Shown one piece after another: positions 1 through 12,014 of a DNA stretch of 64,000 nt. The position numbers and the translations under genes were made by a program. This stretch comes from Basidiobolus meristosporus CBS 931.73 (lineage: Eukaryota; Fungi; Basidiobolomycota): the NCBI GenBank assembly GCA_002104905.1, contig MCFE01000175.1, positions 62,001 to 126,000 of the forward strand, read 5' to 3'. Under the pieces are notes generated by a model, which was not told where the DNA came from, ran no database searches, and was given only the letters and a program-made list of their open reading frames with translations. The number at the start of each line of letters is the position of its first letter. Within the stretch, counting starts at the first letter, position 1.

Positions 1-1737
1 CTGTAGTCCTGGGTTGGATCCTTGTATGGTGTACCATACTGACCCATCGGAATAGTTGGTAGTTGTAGCCTTAGTACTGGTTTCCCATGGTCTACCTAGC
101 AGAAGGTCAAAGTTTGCCTTCTGGCAGATGAAGAGGGGAAGCCAGACCTTGATTCCTTGTACCTCAATAGGGAACTTGTGCACTACACCGTAGAGTGGGC
201 TAGATCCTGAGTTTGCATCAGTCATGTTCCATCCAATATCTCTATCAACAGGTAGTAGCTCCTTGCTTCTAAGTGTCTTCCAGAAGTCTAGCGGCATAAC
301 ACAAATCTCTGAGCCACTGTCAATATGGCAGTTAACAGGGTCATCATATATATATCCTTTCACCACAGCAGTTGCAACTGAGTAAAAGGTCTTATACTCA
401 GTAGTGTAGTCATCTTTTTGGTGGTCTTCATGGCTTGTCTGAATTATATGGGTGTCCATATGTTCAACAGCTTGTCATCTTGTTCTAAGCTGCTCATCAA
501 AGGTCTTCCTAACAGATGGGGATACACTCATGATTTCTCCAACCGACAAAGTGAGGTTCTGCTTTAGCAGCTTCTCAGTAATCAGTTGAGGGCTTGAGTA
601 GCTTGCTATCTTTGAGGTCATCTGAAAGTGAGGCAATGGATCTTGGGTGGGCAGCATACTAGGCCTCTTGTCAATAACAACTTCAGGTTCTTCAAATTGT
701 GGTCTTCTAAGGATGGGTTTGGCAGGTTCTTCAGGGAGGTGTCTTTTGGTAGCAAAGGCATCAACTTCATATTGTCTGTTGTCAGGGCTGCTTGGATTTA
801 CTTTATGAGTCCCAATAGGGGCATCAACAGTAATCTTTCTGGTTGCTGAGTCAGATTTCTGGAAAAGGGCTCTCATCCCTCCTCTTTGGAAATTAGTGGG
901 AATCCTTCTTCCTTCTTTGTCAGCAAGCATTCCATCAGCATCAAACTGTACTGCTCCTTCTCTGAGTAGCTGACTAAGCTCTGAGCATTCTCGTCTGGCA
1001 TGCTGAGTAGAGTCACACCAGATGCAGTGCCTTGGCAAAGGTCTTTGTCCCTCAGTAGCAACCTCAGCTGTGCCATTAATCTTGAGGGCTAGCTTCTGTA
1101 GCTGTTCAGCAAGTTGGTCAATTCTGTCGGTAGTGTAGGTCTGATTGTCAGCAGCAGCACTCCTTGGCTCCTTGGTTGACTGGTCTGGCAGATTAGATGT
1201 CAGGAGTCTCATAAAGGTAGAAGTTTGCTTTGCCTCTAGGAGAACACGTTTCATCTCTGCAAAGCAAGGAATGCCAGACTTGTCATCCTTGGCTGCATGT
1301 AAGTCAACTTTCCTTGCCAAGTCCTGGGGAAGCCCTTGTGCAAGGTAAAGTGTCATGGTAAACTCAGTTATAGCCTGGGACTCTAGGAGTGGCTTGGCCA
1401 TATCTTCATACTGTTGAATGAACTCTTCAAGTGGTAGCTTGGAAAGTCCAGTTTTTCCAAAGTGCCTGAGGTCTTCAATTCCGTAGTATATCTGGGGTCT
1501 ACCATACTTGGTCTGTAGGTAGGTCTTCATTAAGGCCCAGTCAGTGAGAATGTCTCCTTGTCTGAGAAGCTTAGTGGTAATATCATCGGTGCAGTAGTAG
1601 GGGAAGTCTTCAGCCATTTCTTGTTCAGATAGGCTGCACATCTTGCAGAGCTTCTACCATTTGAATATGAAGCTCCCCACATTCTTTCCATCAAACTGTG
1701 GGGCTCCATGTGAGAGTGGTAATGGCATAGAGTTCAT
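1..1737 (-). pseudogene. gag: gag-protease polyprotein of family A, one reading frame with two premature stops (TAG 1654-1656, TGA 475-477)
   Basis: ATG at 1737 (MNSMPLPLSHGAPQFDGKNV); ORF 475-1641 has CIWCDSTQHARREC (CX2CX4HX4C); reading through the TGA gives HIDSGSEICVM and DLLLGRPW protease motifs, open to the window edge. Confidence 0.88.
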
Positions 1738-1856
1738 TTTTGGGCAGGTATGTTGGTGTTGTAATCTTGGTAATATTGGTAGTCTCTTTTCAATAGGTGG
1801 ATAACAGCTCAAATCTCCAGGTAAATCTTGTTGGGTCCTAGGGAGCTTGTATGAAC

Positions 1857-1874
1857 CCCCCACGTTGGGTGCCA
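1857..1874 (-). promoter_or_regulatory. Primer-binding site, tRNA-Lys(CUU) type
   Basis: TGGCACCCAACGTGGGGG 4 nt inside the 5' LTR end; matches the known Lys1,2 PBS TGGCGCCCAACGTGGGG except for one CG>CA change. Confidence 0.8.
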
Positions 1875-1878
1875 AATA

Positions 1879-2949
1879 TGTGGTGGTGTATAAGTCCAAG
1901 GGAGATATACGTCCAACACTTCTCAAGTGTTTTGTGTGTGGGGTGTTCACTGGGTGCGATAACCTCTGGCAAAAGCTTGCTAGGAATACTTGGGTTCTGT
2001 CTCTAATCTAATGTGAAGGGGAATAAAGCCACAAGCTTGCCAAGGGAAAACTATTGAGCTACAATCCCCAACTTAGTTGGCGTCTTAACAAAAGTATGTG
2101 CTGGGTTCAGCGTCCTTTGAGATGACAATGTACTAAAGCTTCCAAAGTCAAAACAGCTGTAAACTCCACCAGCAGGGACTTGATAAGAATGCAGCTGTGG
2201 TCAATAGTTACAAAGACAGAAAAGTATCTTTGCCTGTACAAGAACAAACTTGGGAAAGAATCAAATATAATAAAAGATACCTACTCTGAGTATTCCTCAC
2301 AAGTAGTGCCTCCAAGGTCAGTTGGCTGTCAGCGCGGTTTCCTGGGAGTGTCCTGTGGTCTGGGGTTGGAAGTTCAGGTAGCAGCAGGTAGCAGTGATCA
2401 CACTAATCAACAAGTTGGTATATTGATAAAAGGGATGATGATTTATTGTTGAGGGATAGCCTCCCTTATATACTTTTCTGACTGGCTAAGTGATTACTAA
2501 TCATGGTGTTCCAGAAGGTTCCGGAGATCAATAGAAATCTTAATGACATCAGAATGACCTAAGAATGTTCTAAGTAGGTGCCGGAAGGTTCTAAGAGGCA
2601 CAGCACATCCAACCAATCAGGGATCAGTATTCTGAAACCTGTGTAACATGGGGATACCATATATGGTATGGAAATGGTAGGGATGGTGACACGGGCTGAT
2701 CATGTGTCACGGGTACTGGCACAGGTACTTGCCTAATATAGAAGCACTTGTAGCTAGTAATCTTACATAAAGTGAGGGGTAACTTATGCAATAAGGTAAG
2801 CAGGCGTGATAGTCAACCGGCTTATGGGATAGTACTGATTGGGCAAGACAAATGGGATAAAACTAAAATGAGTGTAGTAGGGATATAGGGAAGTAGAAAA
2901 TAAGGGAATGTGCACATCTGTCAGCGGGTGTCACTGTCACCCCACTACA
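1879..2949 (-). repeat. 5' LTR of family A (copy A1, 1071 bp)
   Basis: Termini TGTAGTGGGG...CACCACCACA on the minus strand; same length and about 98% identical by eye to 18461-19531. Confidence 0.93.
2466..2472 (-). promoter_or_regulatory. Putative LTR TATA box (TATATAA)
   Basis: AAAAGTATATAAGGG context recurs in copies A2 and A3; similar motifs in A4 (~48045) and the family C LTR (~7120). Confidence 0.5.
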
Positions 2950-2953
2950 GCGG

Positions 2954-4076
2954 CTGGTAGCAATGTTTCTTCTCAAGAGCCATACTGAGTCTCCTTCATT
3001 AAGCTTGGGGCTAGGCTGCTGTTTGTTGTCTGCAAACTTCTTGTACCCCTCATGGGCTAAGGATAGTTCTTTCTTGAGTATTTCTTGGATTTCTAGAATT
3101 GTTGACACATGCTCAGCTGCTGGGGGGCTCATATGGTTGGTTGGGATCTGAACATCAAATTGTGGATGAAAACTATAATTTGGATAGAATAGGGTGAGAC
3201 CTGTTGCACTATGACATGAGTTGTTCTATGCAAATTCTGCAAGTGGTAACAGTTGGGTCCAGTTGTCTTGCTGATAGTTAATATAGCACCAGAGGTATTG
3301 TTCAAGGATCTGGTAAATTCTCTATGTCTGGCCATCTAACTGTGGATGAAAAGTGGTTGAGAGCTTGACTTGCACACCAAGATATTGCATGAAGTGCTTC
3401 CAGAATCCTGATATGAACTGGGGTCCTCTATCTAATACAATGTCACTGGGGATACCATGGAGTTGGAAAATGTTCTTGATCACCAAGTGGGCAGTCTCCT
3501 TAGCATCTATGTTCTTTGAGCAGGGAATGAAGTGAACCATCTTGGTGAGCCAATCTGCCACTACTAAGATTGAATTGAATTAGTTGGATTCTGGGAGGTT
3601 GGTGATGAAATCCATTGAAATTGACTTCCATTGCTGGTCAGGGATTGGCAAGGGTTGGAGAAGCCCATATGGATAGTGTCTAGCGGATTTTACATGGTTA
3701 CATGTATCACAGGATTGGAGGTACTCCTTGACAAGAGATATCATCTTGGGCCACCAGAAGTCCCTCTTGATTGCATTCATGGCTTTAGCAGTACCAAAAT
3801 GTCCTGCAGCCATTGAGTCATGACAAGAATGAATGATATCCAACTGGGTATCAAGGTCTGGAATAAACAGTTGGTGCTTGTGGTAGATGATGTCATTGAC
3901 TGGATGTAGGTACTGGTGGTTTGGGAACTTGGGCGGCAGTTCAGTGGAGGATTTGGGATTTTTCTTGATTGTTGTGGCTATGAAACTGGTGGCTTGGCTG
4001 GCCTTGACTCTCTCAAGGAGTGAGGGAGCAATAATACTGGACAACTGGGTTGCAAGGAGCTCAAAGTGTCTTGGGA
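2954..4076 (-). pseudogene. pol: Ty3/gypsy (Tf2-like) integrase fragment, family C
   Basis: HDSMAAGHFG...CDTC zinc finger; MDFITNLP, IVLDRGPQF and FHPQLDGQT core motifs; GDSVWLLRRNIATSR C-terminal region; stops and frameshifts. Confidence 0.88.
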
Positions 4077-4094
4077 TGTCATGTGATCATGACA
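4077..4094 (-). repeat. 18-bp terminal stub of a family C LTR
   Basis: TGTCATGTGATCATGACA is identical to the end of the solo LTR at 7468-7485. Confidence 0.6.
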
Positions 4095-4368
4095 CCCAGT
4101 GTATATAATAATTGGACTCTTTTGGTCATAACTCCTTAAGTACTGCTTCAAATGGCCTGCAATTTGAAATATGTGTTGGCTACTGCATGTCCTGTATGAC
4201 ATAATATTTGTGGGTGGATTGCTTGTCAGGGTCTGGAGTATTTATGCTTCAAAGTTGAGATATCTTGATCTTTCACTTGTGTGATACAATAGCAAAAAGC
4301 AAAATAAAGAAATGAGTGCAATATTGGTTTTGAGATATTGTAGTAATTGAACACTTTCCATTACCACA
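4095..4368 (-). repeat. 5' fragment of a family Y LTR
   Basis: Reverse complement of the start of the 13015 and 45300 LTRs (TGTGGTAATGGAAAG...GAGTTATGACCAAAA). Confidence 0.8.
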
Positions 4369-4435
4369 GGAAGCATGGGAAGTAGCTTTAGTGCTTGCCA
4401 ACTAACACTGTAAGCCCTGAACAGACTAAATAATA

Positions 4436-5330
4436 TTATAGCCAAGAACAATTACCAACAAGAAAACAACTGTTCTCACAAGAGTTGGAAGTGCAGCCAG
4501 TTGGGCTACACTCAAGTGAGGTAGATAAATTTGCAGAGAAAGGCAGTTTGATTATCATAGCCTCCATGTCCTCCATTGTTGGCAGAGTGGAGATCCCAAC
4601 CGCCAACAAAGTAATGATATCAAGAACTCAAAAAACTATCACAATGGCTTCATCAATAGGCACACCAAGAGGTTGCAGCTCTTCTTGAAGAGCAGTATGC
4701 AAGAAAGTGCTCTTGAATATTGATAGGACCTATTGCAAGCACTGGCAGATGAGGTGCTAGACCTTGCAGTGCCAGCTGAAGACCAAGACATATGGGAACT
4801 AGTGAATGAACAGTGGCATAAAGCCACGGGGTTCCCATTAAAGTCATGGAAATAGTGCATTACAGCAGAAATACATATTGAGTGGTGGATTTTAATGGAG
4901 TTGCTTGTTAAGTATGGGGCTGGGCTTAGTTTAGGGTATAGGGACTTGTATAGGTCAATACAATTGGCCAATGAGGTACAACTGAAGTTTCATAAGAAAT
5001 AAAGTAATTTGTATGCATAAAAAGTAAAAAAACAGTTGAGACAGGATGCCAGGAGTGTGAGAAAAAGGCAATAGCCAATCAATGCACACAATCATAGGGG
5101 TGATAGAGTGTCTGGCATTGTACAGTGAAAAAAATGGCAGAAAACCAATCGAAACCCACTTTTGTATTGTTGTGATGAAAAATTCTGAACAGGTTTTTGA
5201 GAAATCTATTGTGCAATTATTTGTTGACACTCTTTGCATGGTTTCCTGATGGGATCAATAATGCTTAGTCAGGGGACTTTAAATTTGTCATGGCCTTTTG
5301 ATGGGATTATAACAATAACTTCTCATAGGG
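4436..5330 (-). mobile_element. CACTA-like element fragment: left terminus plus 3' end of the accessory gene
   Basis: Ends in ...AACTTCTCATAGGG (reverse complement CCCTATGAGAAGTT); encodes decayed EQWHKA accessory-protein C-terminus on the + strand. Confidence 0.72.
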
Positions 5331-5344
5331 TACTATAGACCATC

Positions 5345-6020
5345 TGTTGTGCATCAGCATTTAAAACTTAGCCAATCTCACTACATTGAAAAATCTAGTA
5401 CCCTAACCAATTTTCCCTAACCCAAACATAACTCATCCCTGTTATGGTTTTTTTTATCACTTCTCAGAGTCTATTTTTAGCTGTCACACCTGATCAATTT
5501 TCAAGTGGCCATTATGTCCTCAACCCATCTGCTAAGCCTTTCTAAAGGATTAGTCATCTTAGTTCCATCCAACCACTTAGTAGTTGCCAAGACATTAGCT
5601 GATTAATGATGCAATTTTTCATTTATCTTATGCACTTATCAACATCCAATCAAATTTCAATTAGTCCAGTCCCTTGGTGCTTACTAATTCCACTTGATCA
5701 GAATAATATAAATAAAGATTACTGAACCTTTTGGTTTAGTGTGTGTCTCAACAAAATTAAGAATTCCACAATTTTGTTCTAGTTTCCACCCATACCTAGC
5801 ATATCTATCATTCCCAAGAACACCAAGCCTAGTTTGTATAGCAAACCAGCTCTGTTGTCTTTATAGCCCAACTTAACTATTAACAAAACCAATATTAGAC
5901 CAGAACTTCTCTGTTAATATTTCTGTCACCCTTGACAATACTAAGATTCTGCACTTAGTCATCATTAGGTTCAGTTAACTCATTCAAAAATTTTATTACA
6001 CTTTTCTCTTGGATACAGCA
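5345..6020. mobile_element. Solo LTR family X (676 bp), 5-bp TSD CCATC
   Basis: TGTTGT...ACAGCA termini; CCATC at 5340-5344 and 6021-6025; inverted homologue at 48841-49516. Confidence 0.88.
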
Positions 6021-6029
6021 CCATCTACC

Positions 6030-6375
6030 CCAATCACAGGAGGAGATCCCTTTTTAAGCTTCTATGCTGTTACAAAGCGCTTTGAGTAGAAAAACATCCA
6101 GAATTAATTGAGGGGAGAAATGTACAACAGACTTGACTTATGTTGCAGAGGATTATCAGAGATTGGGATATATTGCAGCTTACAGGAAGCCAAGGAATGG
6201 TGTGCTTAGCAGGATGCAGAACCTCTAAAATGCAGTATTAAATCCTTTCAGAGTTAGACTAGAGTATGCCTTTGGATATCAAAAGAAATTCAGCAAATTG
6301 GCAGGTAAATATAGAGGACAGTCATATAATTGAGCAAACTGCAGAATAGGTAAAGTAGTCAAGATACTTATTACT
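6030..6375 (+). pseudogene. Decayed, internally deleted copy of the PHIS (DDE_Tnp_4-type) transposase
   Basis: Aligns to ~54398-54435 and ~54818-55095 (GAGGGGAGAAATGTA...AGGAAGCCAAGGAATGGTGTGCTTAGCAGGA). Confidence 0.85.
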
Positions 6376-6563
6376 GTAACACTCTGGTTCCACAACTTCA
6401 GCAGGAACCCAACAGCTTTATGCCGCTGTTCATTTATTGGTGCACACAAGTCCTGGTCTTCAGCCAGCACTGCAAGGTCTGGAGCACTGCTCTTGAAGAA
6501 GAGCTGCAACCTATTGGTGTGCTTATCAATGTTACAAAACTCCACTAAAGGCATTTTGATAGT

Positions 6564-7822
6564 AGACCTGTTCCGTTGGATAGTGCAACATTGAGCCATG
6601 AGTGCCAAATGATGCCGTAGTGTGCCGTGGAGGCTAAGTGAGTCTACACTTGGCCACAGAGTGTGAAACATAGCTCTGCATCTTCATGCAAAGCAGCCTC
6701 TGTGTTTCACCCATTGTTTTGGAGAAAATCCATTTTTTGACCTTTTTTTTTAGGTCAATGTTGTGTAGGATGGGTAAGAGCACAGAAGAACTGACAACAT
6801 GCATCAGGTACTCAATACCCATGGCACTCTGAATCAAGCTCCTGTGGCTTATAACATGTCACAAAAATGCATGGCACTATCTTGGTCCACTGGTACTATC
6901 TGGCACTATAAGTGCTTTGTATAGATCTTACTTTAGGGCTATTAATTAAGTATAGTGCCAGATAGTGTTATGAATAGACACAAGGCAGGAGGAAAAGCTA
7001 GGCATGGCAGGAAAGAACTTAGGTGTGGACCATCAAGGCAAGACAAGATTTAAGGCAAGGCTGTTTATTCAAGACCTGTGTTTATCAGACTGAAGAATAC
7101 TCAAGGGGGGATAGGACTATATATACTTTTTGACTATACTGATGCCAAGAGATATTAGCTAATACTAATGGGGTTGTGGGGTGAGGCACAGCAGCAGTGC
7201 TGGGGATAATAATATAGAAGGCAAGCCACTGAGACAGGATAGGGAAGTGGATTTGGTCACCTGATCATGTGATTAAGTCATGTGACCTGGTATTTCCATA
7301 TATGGTACTGGACTATGAAAAATACAATGGGAAGCTTTCATGGAATGTTCCATTGTGTAACAATGGTTTGGATGGTCAGGAACTTTCTGGAAGGTGGTAG
7401 AAGGTTCCAGAAGGAATCTCCTAGAAATTGAGCTAGGAAGCTGAAACTTGGCATGGGTGTTCATGGTTGTCATGTGATCATGACAGATAGTACCAGTGGA
7501 CCAAGATAGTGCCATGCATTTTTGTGACATGTTACAAGCCACAGGAGCTTAATTCAGAGTGCCATGGGTATTGAGTACCAGATGCATGTTGTCAGTTCTT
7601 CTGTGCTCTTGCCCATCCTACACAACATTGATCCACAAAAAAGCATCAAAAAATGAATTTTCTCCAACCCAATAGGTAAAACACAGGGGCTGCTTTGCAT
7701 GAAGATGCAGAGCTATATTTCACACTCTGTGGTCAAGTATAGGTTCACTTGGCCTCTTTGGCACACTATGGCATCATTTGGCACTCATGGCTCAATGTGG
7801 CACTATCGAACAGAACAAGTCT
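6564..7822. mobile_element. Fold-back MITE derived from the right end of the PHIS element
   Basis: About 345-bp inverted arms starting AGACCTGTTCCGTTGGATAGTGC and ending GCACTATCGAACAGAACAAGTCT; the same terminus is at 55321-55346; flanks AGT/ACT. Confidence 0.88.
6966..7485 (-). mobile_element. Solo LTR family C (520 bp), 5-bp TSD GATAG, inside the MITE right arm
   Basis: TGTTATGA...TCATGACA termini; GATAG at 6961-6965 and 7486-7490; removing it restores arm symmetry. Confidence 0.9.
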
Positions 7823-10489
7823 ACTTGTTTGAGCTGTTGACATTGTAGCCTTGTCTGTCAATCAGATCTCTACTCTGTCAACAATGGAGGGTGTGGAGGC
7901 TGTGGTAGACAAATTGCCTTTTTCAGCAAACTCATCTACCTTGCTGGAGTGTAGCTCAACTGGCTGCGCTCCCAACTCTTGTGAAAACAGCTGTTTTCTT
8001 GTTGGTAATTATTCTTGGCTATGATGGGATTCAGTCTGTTCCTGGCTTGAAGTGTAAATTGGCAAGAACTGCAGTTTTTTTGCATGCCTCCCTGTCTCAG
8101 GCATGGGTGGACATATTTCCCTTTACTTTTTTCTTTATCACTGCCAGGTCTTTCACTGCTACTTTGTCTGAGTCAAGTGAGTATGTGACACCTTTAGTCT
8201 CACCTCAGCCTTCTGAATATGGCACACAGAGTGATAGCTCTGACAAAGAAGGACCACTAATGCATTTTGAGCCTATCTCCCCTAACAACAGTCTCATGTA
8301 TGAGCCTGGTCAGATCGCTATATGCAATGAGACAACACCCATTGAGACAAATGCCAAGGATACTTTATGCAGCCAAGTGAGCCCAGTAGTCCATCTACTG
8401 GTGAGTGATGTAACATTGGGGCTAGAGAAGTGGCCCATTTTCACTATTATTAGTAACAGGGGTTTTGAGGATTTATTACTGATTCTTGCCAAAATCATAC
8501 CAGATACAACTTACCATGAATATGATATGAGTGGACAACTGTCATGTGGCTGGAAACATATGATCCAGAGACTGTCCTGATTCCAGCATGTGTTAATAGT
8601 TGCATGGTATTAACATCCAAAAATGCTACCATTGGAATGTGTCCCAATTGTCAGGTATCCACCACCATTGAGGGAAAACATTGTTCACACTCCAGATATA
8701 TTCCGGTCATACCCTGTCTGAGAAAGCTGATGCAGTCCAACAAATATTGAAAAGCTACACATACCTCACTTGGTATCAATCAAGCTCAAGCATATCCAAT
8801 ATATTTGATGGAAAGCATTACAAACAGTTAAGAAGTAAGGGCTACTTTGAAGGTATGCATGACCATGCCTTTGCCTTAGCACTTGATGGATTCTCATTAA
8901 ACAAGTACACTACCAGCAAATCCTGCTGGCCACTGATTCTCATTAACCTGAATCTGCTGCCTATTATATGGTATCAGAGCAAAAAACTGATGGTAGTCTC
9001 ACTGGTATTGGGGCCTAAATCACTCTCCAACCTGGATAGCTATCTGTATCTAGTGCCGGATATCTCTGCCACTACTGTATCCATTCTCCACTCCATCTGG
9101 CATGCTATGTGAAGAATATTGCGCCTTGCTTCACCTTTTAGGAGTTTCCTATAGAGTAGAAGTGTGGGAGATAGGAAAACAAGTCAAGCTTCAAGTACTA
9201 TCATATCCCAAACTCATCAAGAATACTACCTTCAAGTCCAACATGGATGTGATGATTTGGCACATGGAGGACAGCCACAAAGAGTTGGAAGATATTGAAG
9301 ACAAATGTACATGTGGAGACGCCTATGCTTAAGGCATTAAGAAGCTAAGTAGCCCCAATGCATGGGTATTCACTTAAGTTATGCAAAGTTGGGTTGGGTG
9401 CAACAAGCAACTAGTTTTTATCTGGAAAACTCTACCAAGATATGCCAAATTTCTCATGGTCATGAGCCTACTTCTACACCATTCAATACAAAATTCACAC
9501 AAACAAAAGCTAGAGTGCACCTATAAGGGGACTAGAATCCAGCAGGTAGAAGGAATAAGTTGGCTAAACACCAAGAAGTTCTTTGCAGATTATCAGGAGG
9601 TATTCATGGAATAAGTGGCAACAACCAAGCATATGTTTGCAAGAAGTATATATTACCAGTATTGCAAGGTATATGGCAACTTTGCAAGTATTACACTAAA
9701 AAGCTGTAAAGTTGAGGTGATAGAGGTATGTCAATTGCAGCCAGTGTGCAAGTTTGTAGAGGTTAGTAAGCAGGAGGCCATAGTTTTCTTTGATTCGAAC
9801 TATATGTGAGATACCCAATGTAGTAGTGGGTAGCAAATAAAGAGGGATGATTCTACAGTGGAATATATGAATTGCACAGGGGGAGGTAGAAAAAAAATCA
9901 CCATTTGGCAAATTGGTATGGTATCATTATACAGAACTAGCTATAGGCCACCATACTGCCATGATAATGGCATCAGAGACTTGCAAAGGGGCCATCAAAG
10001 CACCTTTAAGCTTCTTGCCATATAAGGCAATTGAATATACTGGCTGGTTAGATCCACTCAAAACAGTTGTAGAGTGCATTCAGACTGTTACAATGTCATA
10101 CAATTATTGCTACAGCACCAATCAAACACATCAAGTTTTTTAACTTTATTTAGCACTAAATCTGCCTAAACACTGTTGTGATCCTGTCCAAAGATTGCTA
10201 AGAGGGTCACTAATTACTAGCTGCTGGTATTTTGACAGTCTTCAAACAGGATCCTGACAGCTGATCTGGATCAGATCCACCTGCTGGACCAAGTTATTTT
10301 TTGTAGGGAACCAATTCCCATACTTTTCATGCATATAAGTTAATTTCTAGCCATTAAACTTCAGTTGTACCACCATTACTAATTTTGTAAACCAATTCTA
10401 GTCCTTATACCAAACACTAACATTAAACTCCATCAAATTCACCATTTAATAATCATTGCTGTTATAATGCCTGTTTCCATGACTTTGAC

Positions 10490-10964
10490 AGGAATCCTGC
10501 TACTTTATGCCACCATTCATTTGGCAGCTTTCATATATCCTGGTCTTCAGCCAGCACTGCAAGGTCTAACACTTTATCTACCAGTAATTGAAAAAAATCC
10601 CTGCAATATTCACTTGGATTTTGCTGAGCACTGCTCTTGATGAAGTACTGGAACCTCTTGGTGTACCTGTTATTATTTCACATTCCACTGTAGGCATTGT
10701 GATAGTGTTTTCAGTTGGTGACATTGTTGTTTTGTGTATCCGCAGGAACTCCACTCTGTCTACAATGCAGGGTGTAGGTGCAGTGGTAGACCAATTGCTT
10801 TTCTCTGCAGGCTCATCTACATCACTGCAGCATAACTCAACTGGCTATGTGCCCAACTGTTGAGAGAACAGCTTTTGTCTTGTTGTAATATTTCTTGGCT
10901 ATGATATGATTCAGCCAGTTCTGGGTAGATGGTGCTATTGGTGAGAACTGCTGCATTTCTCATA
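10490..10964 (-). pseudogene. Fragment of the CACTA-like accessory gene (3' end)
   Basis: Homologous to 47112-47560 and 6400-6560. Confidence 0.7.
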
Positions 10965-12014
10965 CAGCTCTCTGTCTCTGGCTTGGGTAGACCTTTTTCT
11001 TGTAGCCTATGCCTTTATTGCTGCAGTCAATGGCAATCTTGATGGCTTCTTTAATAGTCTGGGGTCTTTGGTAATTCACTTCCTTGCAAGTTCTTTCTTT
11101 CAACCCATCAATGAAGCATTCAACTTGATCCATGGTGTCAATTCTTTGAAATTGTCCAAGTAGACATCTATACACAAAGATATACTCTTGAAATATTCCT
11201 TTCTCACTCAGTGTTTGTAACTTCCTTGTTAGTAGTGTGTACTGGTGTAGGGGCTTAAAAGCAATCCTGAGTTTCCAACACAAACACATCCAAGGTAGAG
11301 ATTGTAGAGCATCCCATCACGGTGGCTGAGCTGGTCTTGTAGCACCACTGTAAAGCTACATCTGCTAAGTAAGAAGCTACATAATGCAACTTGCTCCATG
11401 GAGCAATTCCCTTGGCCTTAAAAGCCTCCTCAATCTGGAAGAGCCAAGTACCCAAGTGCTCATAGACTCTACCATAGTACCAGCCAGCCTTTACACTATA
11501 GTTGCTACAAACATGACATTGCTGATTCTGGGCATGGTAGTCATTCCTTGTTGCCACTGGCTAAGGATCTGGAGTCACTATTACTGTTGGGCCAGGATTT
11601 GCTGAATAGCATTCTTCCATTCTGGATATTCAGAGAAGCTTCTTCTTTCTTCAGGAGAGATGTTTCTGGTTATTGCTGCTACCAATGTGACAAGTCTTAA
11701 TATAAGGATTGTAGAGGAACAGGGAGCTTAGCTAGCATTGTATTTCCTAAAAGTTGAACCGGTCTTTATTGAGGTTCCAGCAACTCCGTATTTTCTCAAT
11801 GTAGTTTGTGGCTGATGACTCATTTGATTGCATCCTCATTACCCCATTAGATGCTACTTAACATACCTATTTCTGTATGATAAAGATCTGCTGATTCAAT
11901 GGCTGACTAGTACAACAGATCTGATAGATAACAAAGATATATATTGATAGGCTAAACAAATTGACTACACCAAAAAGTGATCTAACTTAAAAATTCAAGC
12001 AGTAGATCATAACA
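10965..12014 (-). mobile_element. gag: Ty3/gypsy family B, truncated copy B1 (5' LTR 11710-12014 plus gag)
   Basis: Capsid-like EHLGTWLFQIEEAFKAKGI...YLADVALQW and FIDGLKERTCKEVNYQRPQTIKEAI; LTR homologous to 21174-21512. Confidence 0.85.

Larger units (their letters stand above)
1..2949 (-). mobile_element. Ty3/gypsy LTR retrotransposon family A, 5' part (5' LTR, PBS, gag, protease); continues off the left edge
   Basis: TG..CA LTR 1879-2949, tRNA-type PBS, gag with CCHC knuckle, aspartyl protease in the same frame; inserted into family C integrase with GCGG flank at 2950-2953. Confidence 0.92.
6376..10308 (+). mobile_element. CACTA/EnSpm-like element, internally deleted, with right terminus
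   Basis: Accessory-gene remnant, then Tnp2 motifs (PACVNSC..CPNC; LDGFSLNKYTTSKSCWPLILINLNL..GPKSLSNLDSYL), a DUF4218-like region (VKNIAPCFTF), GATC-rich subterminal repeats, and ...TTTTTGTAGGG end; carries a MITE insertion. Confidence 0.8.

Noticed and set aside
1857-1874. tRNA gene
   Set aside because: Only an 18-nt complement of a tRNA 3' end next to an LTR; no cloverleaf
2180-2452. Conserved 90-aa ORF also at 18762-19034
   Set aside because: It lies antisense within two ~98% identical LTRs, so conservation is trivial; it is not maintained as the same ORF in the diverged A3 copy
4369-4372. Third example of a GATW target for family Y
   Set aside because: The flank is GGAA (TTCC in element orientation) and has no partner TSD
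7981-8580. 199-aa ORF as a real gene
   Set aside because: It spans a deletion junction (~8165) fusing the antisense strand of the accessory gene to the Tnp2 5' region; a chance open frame
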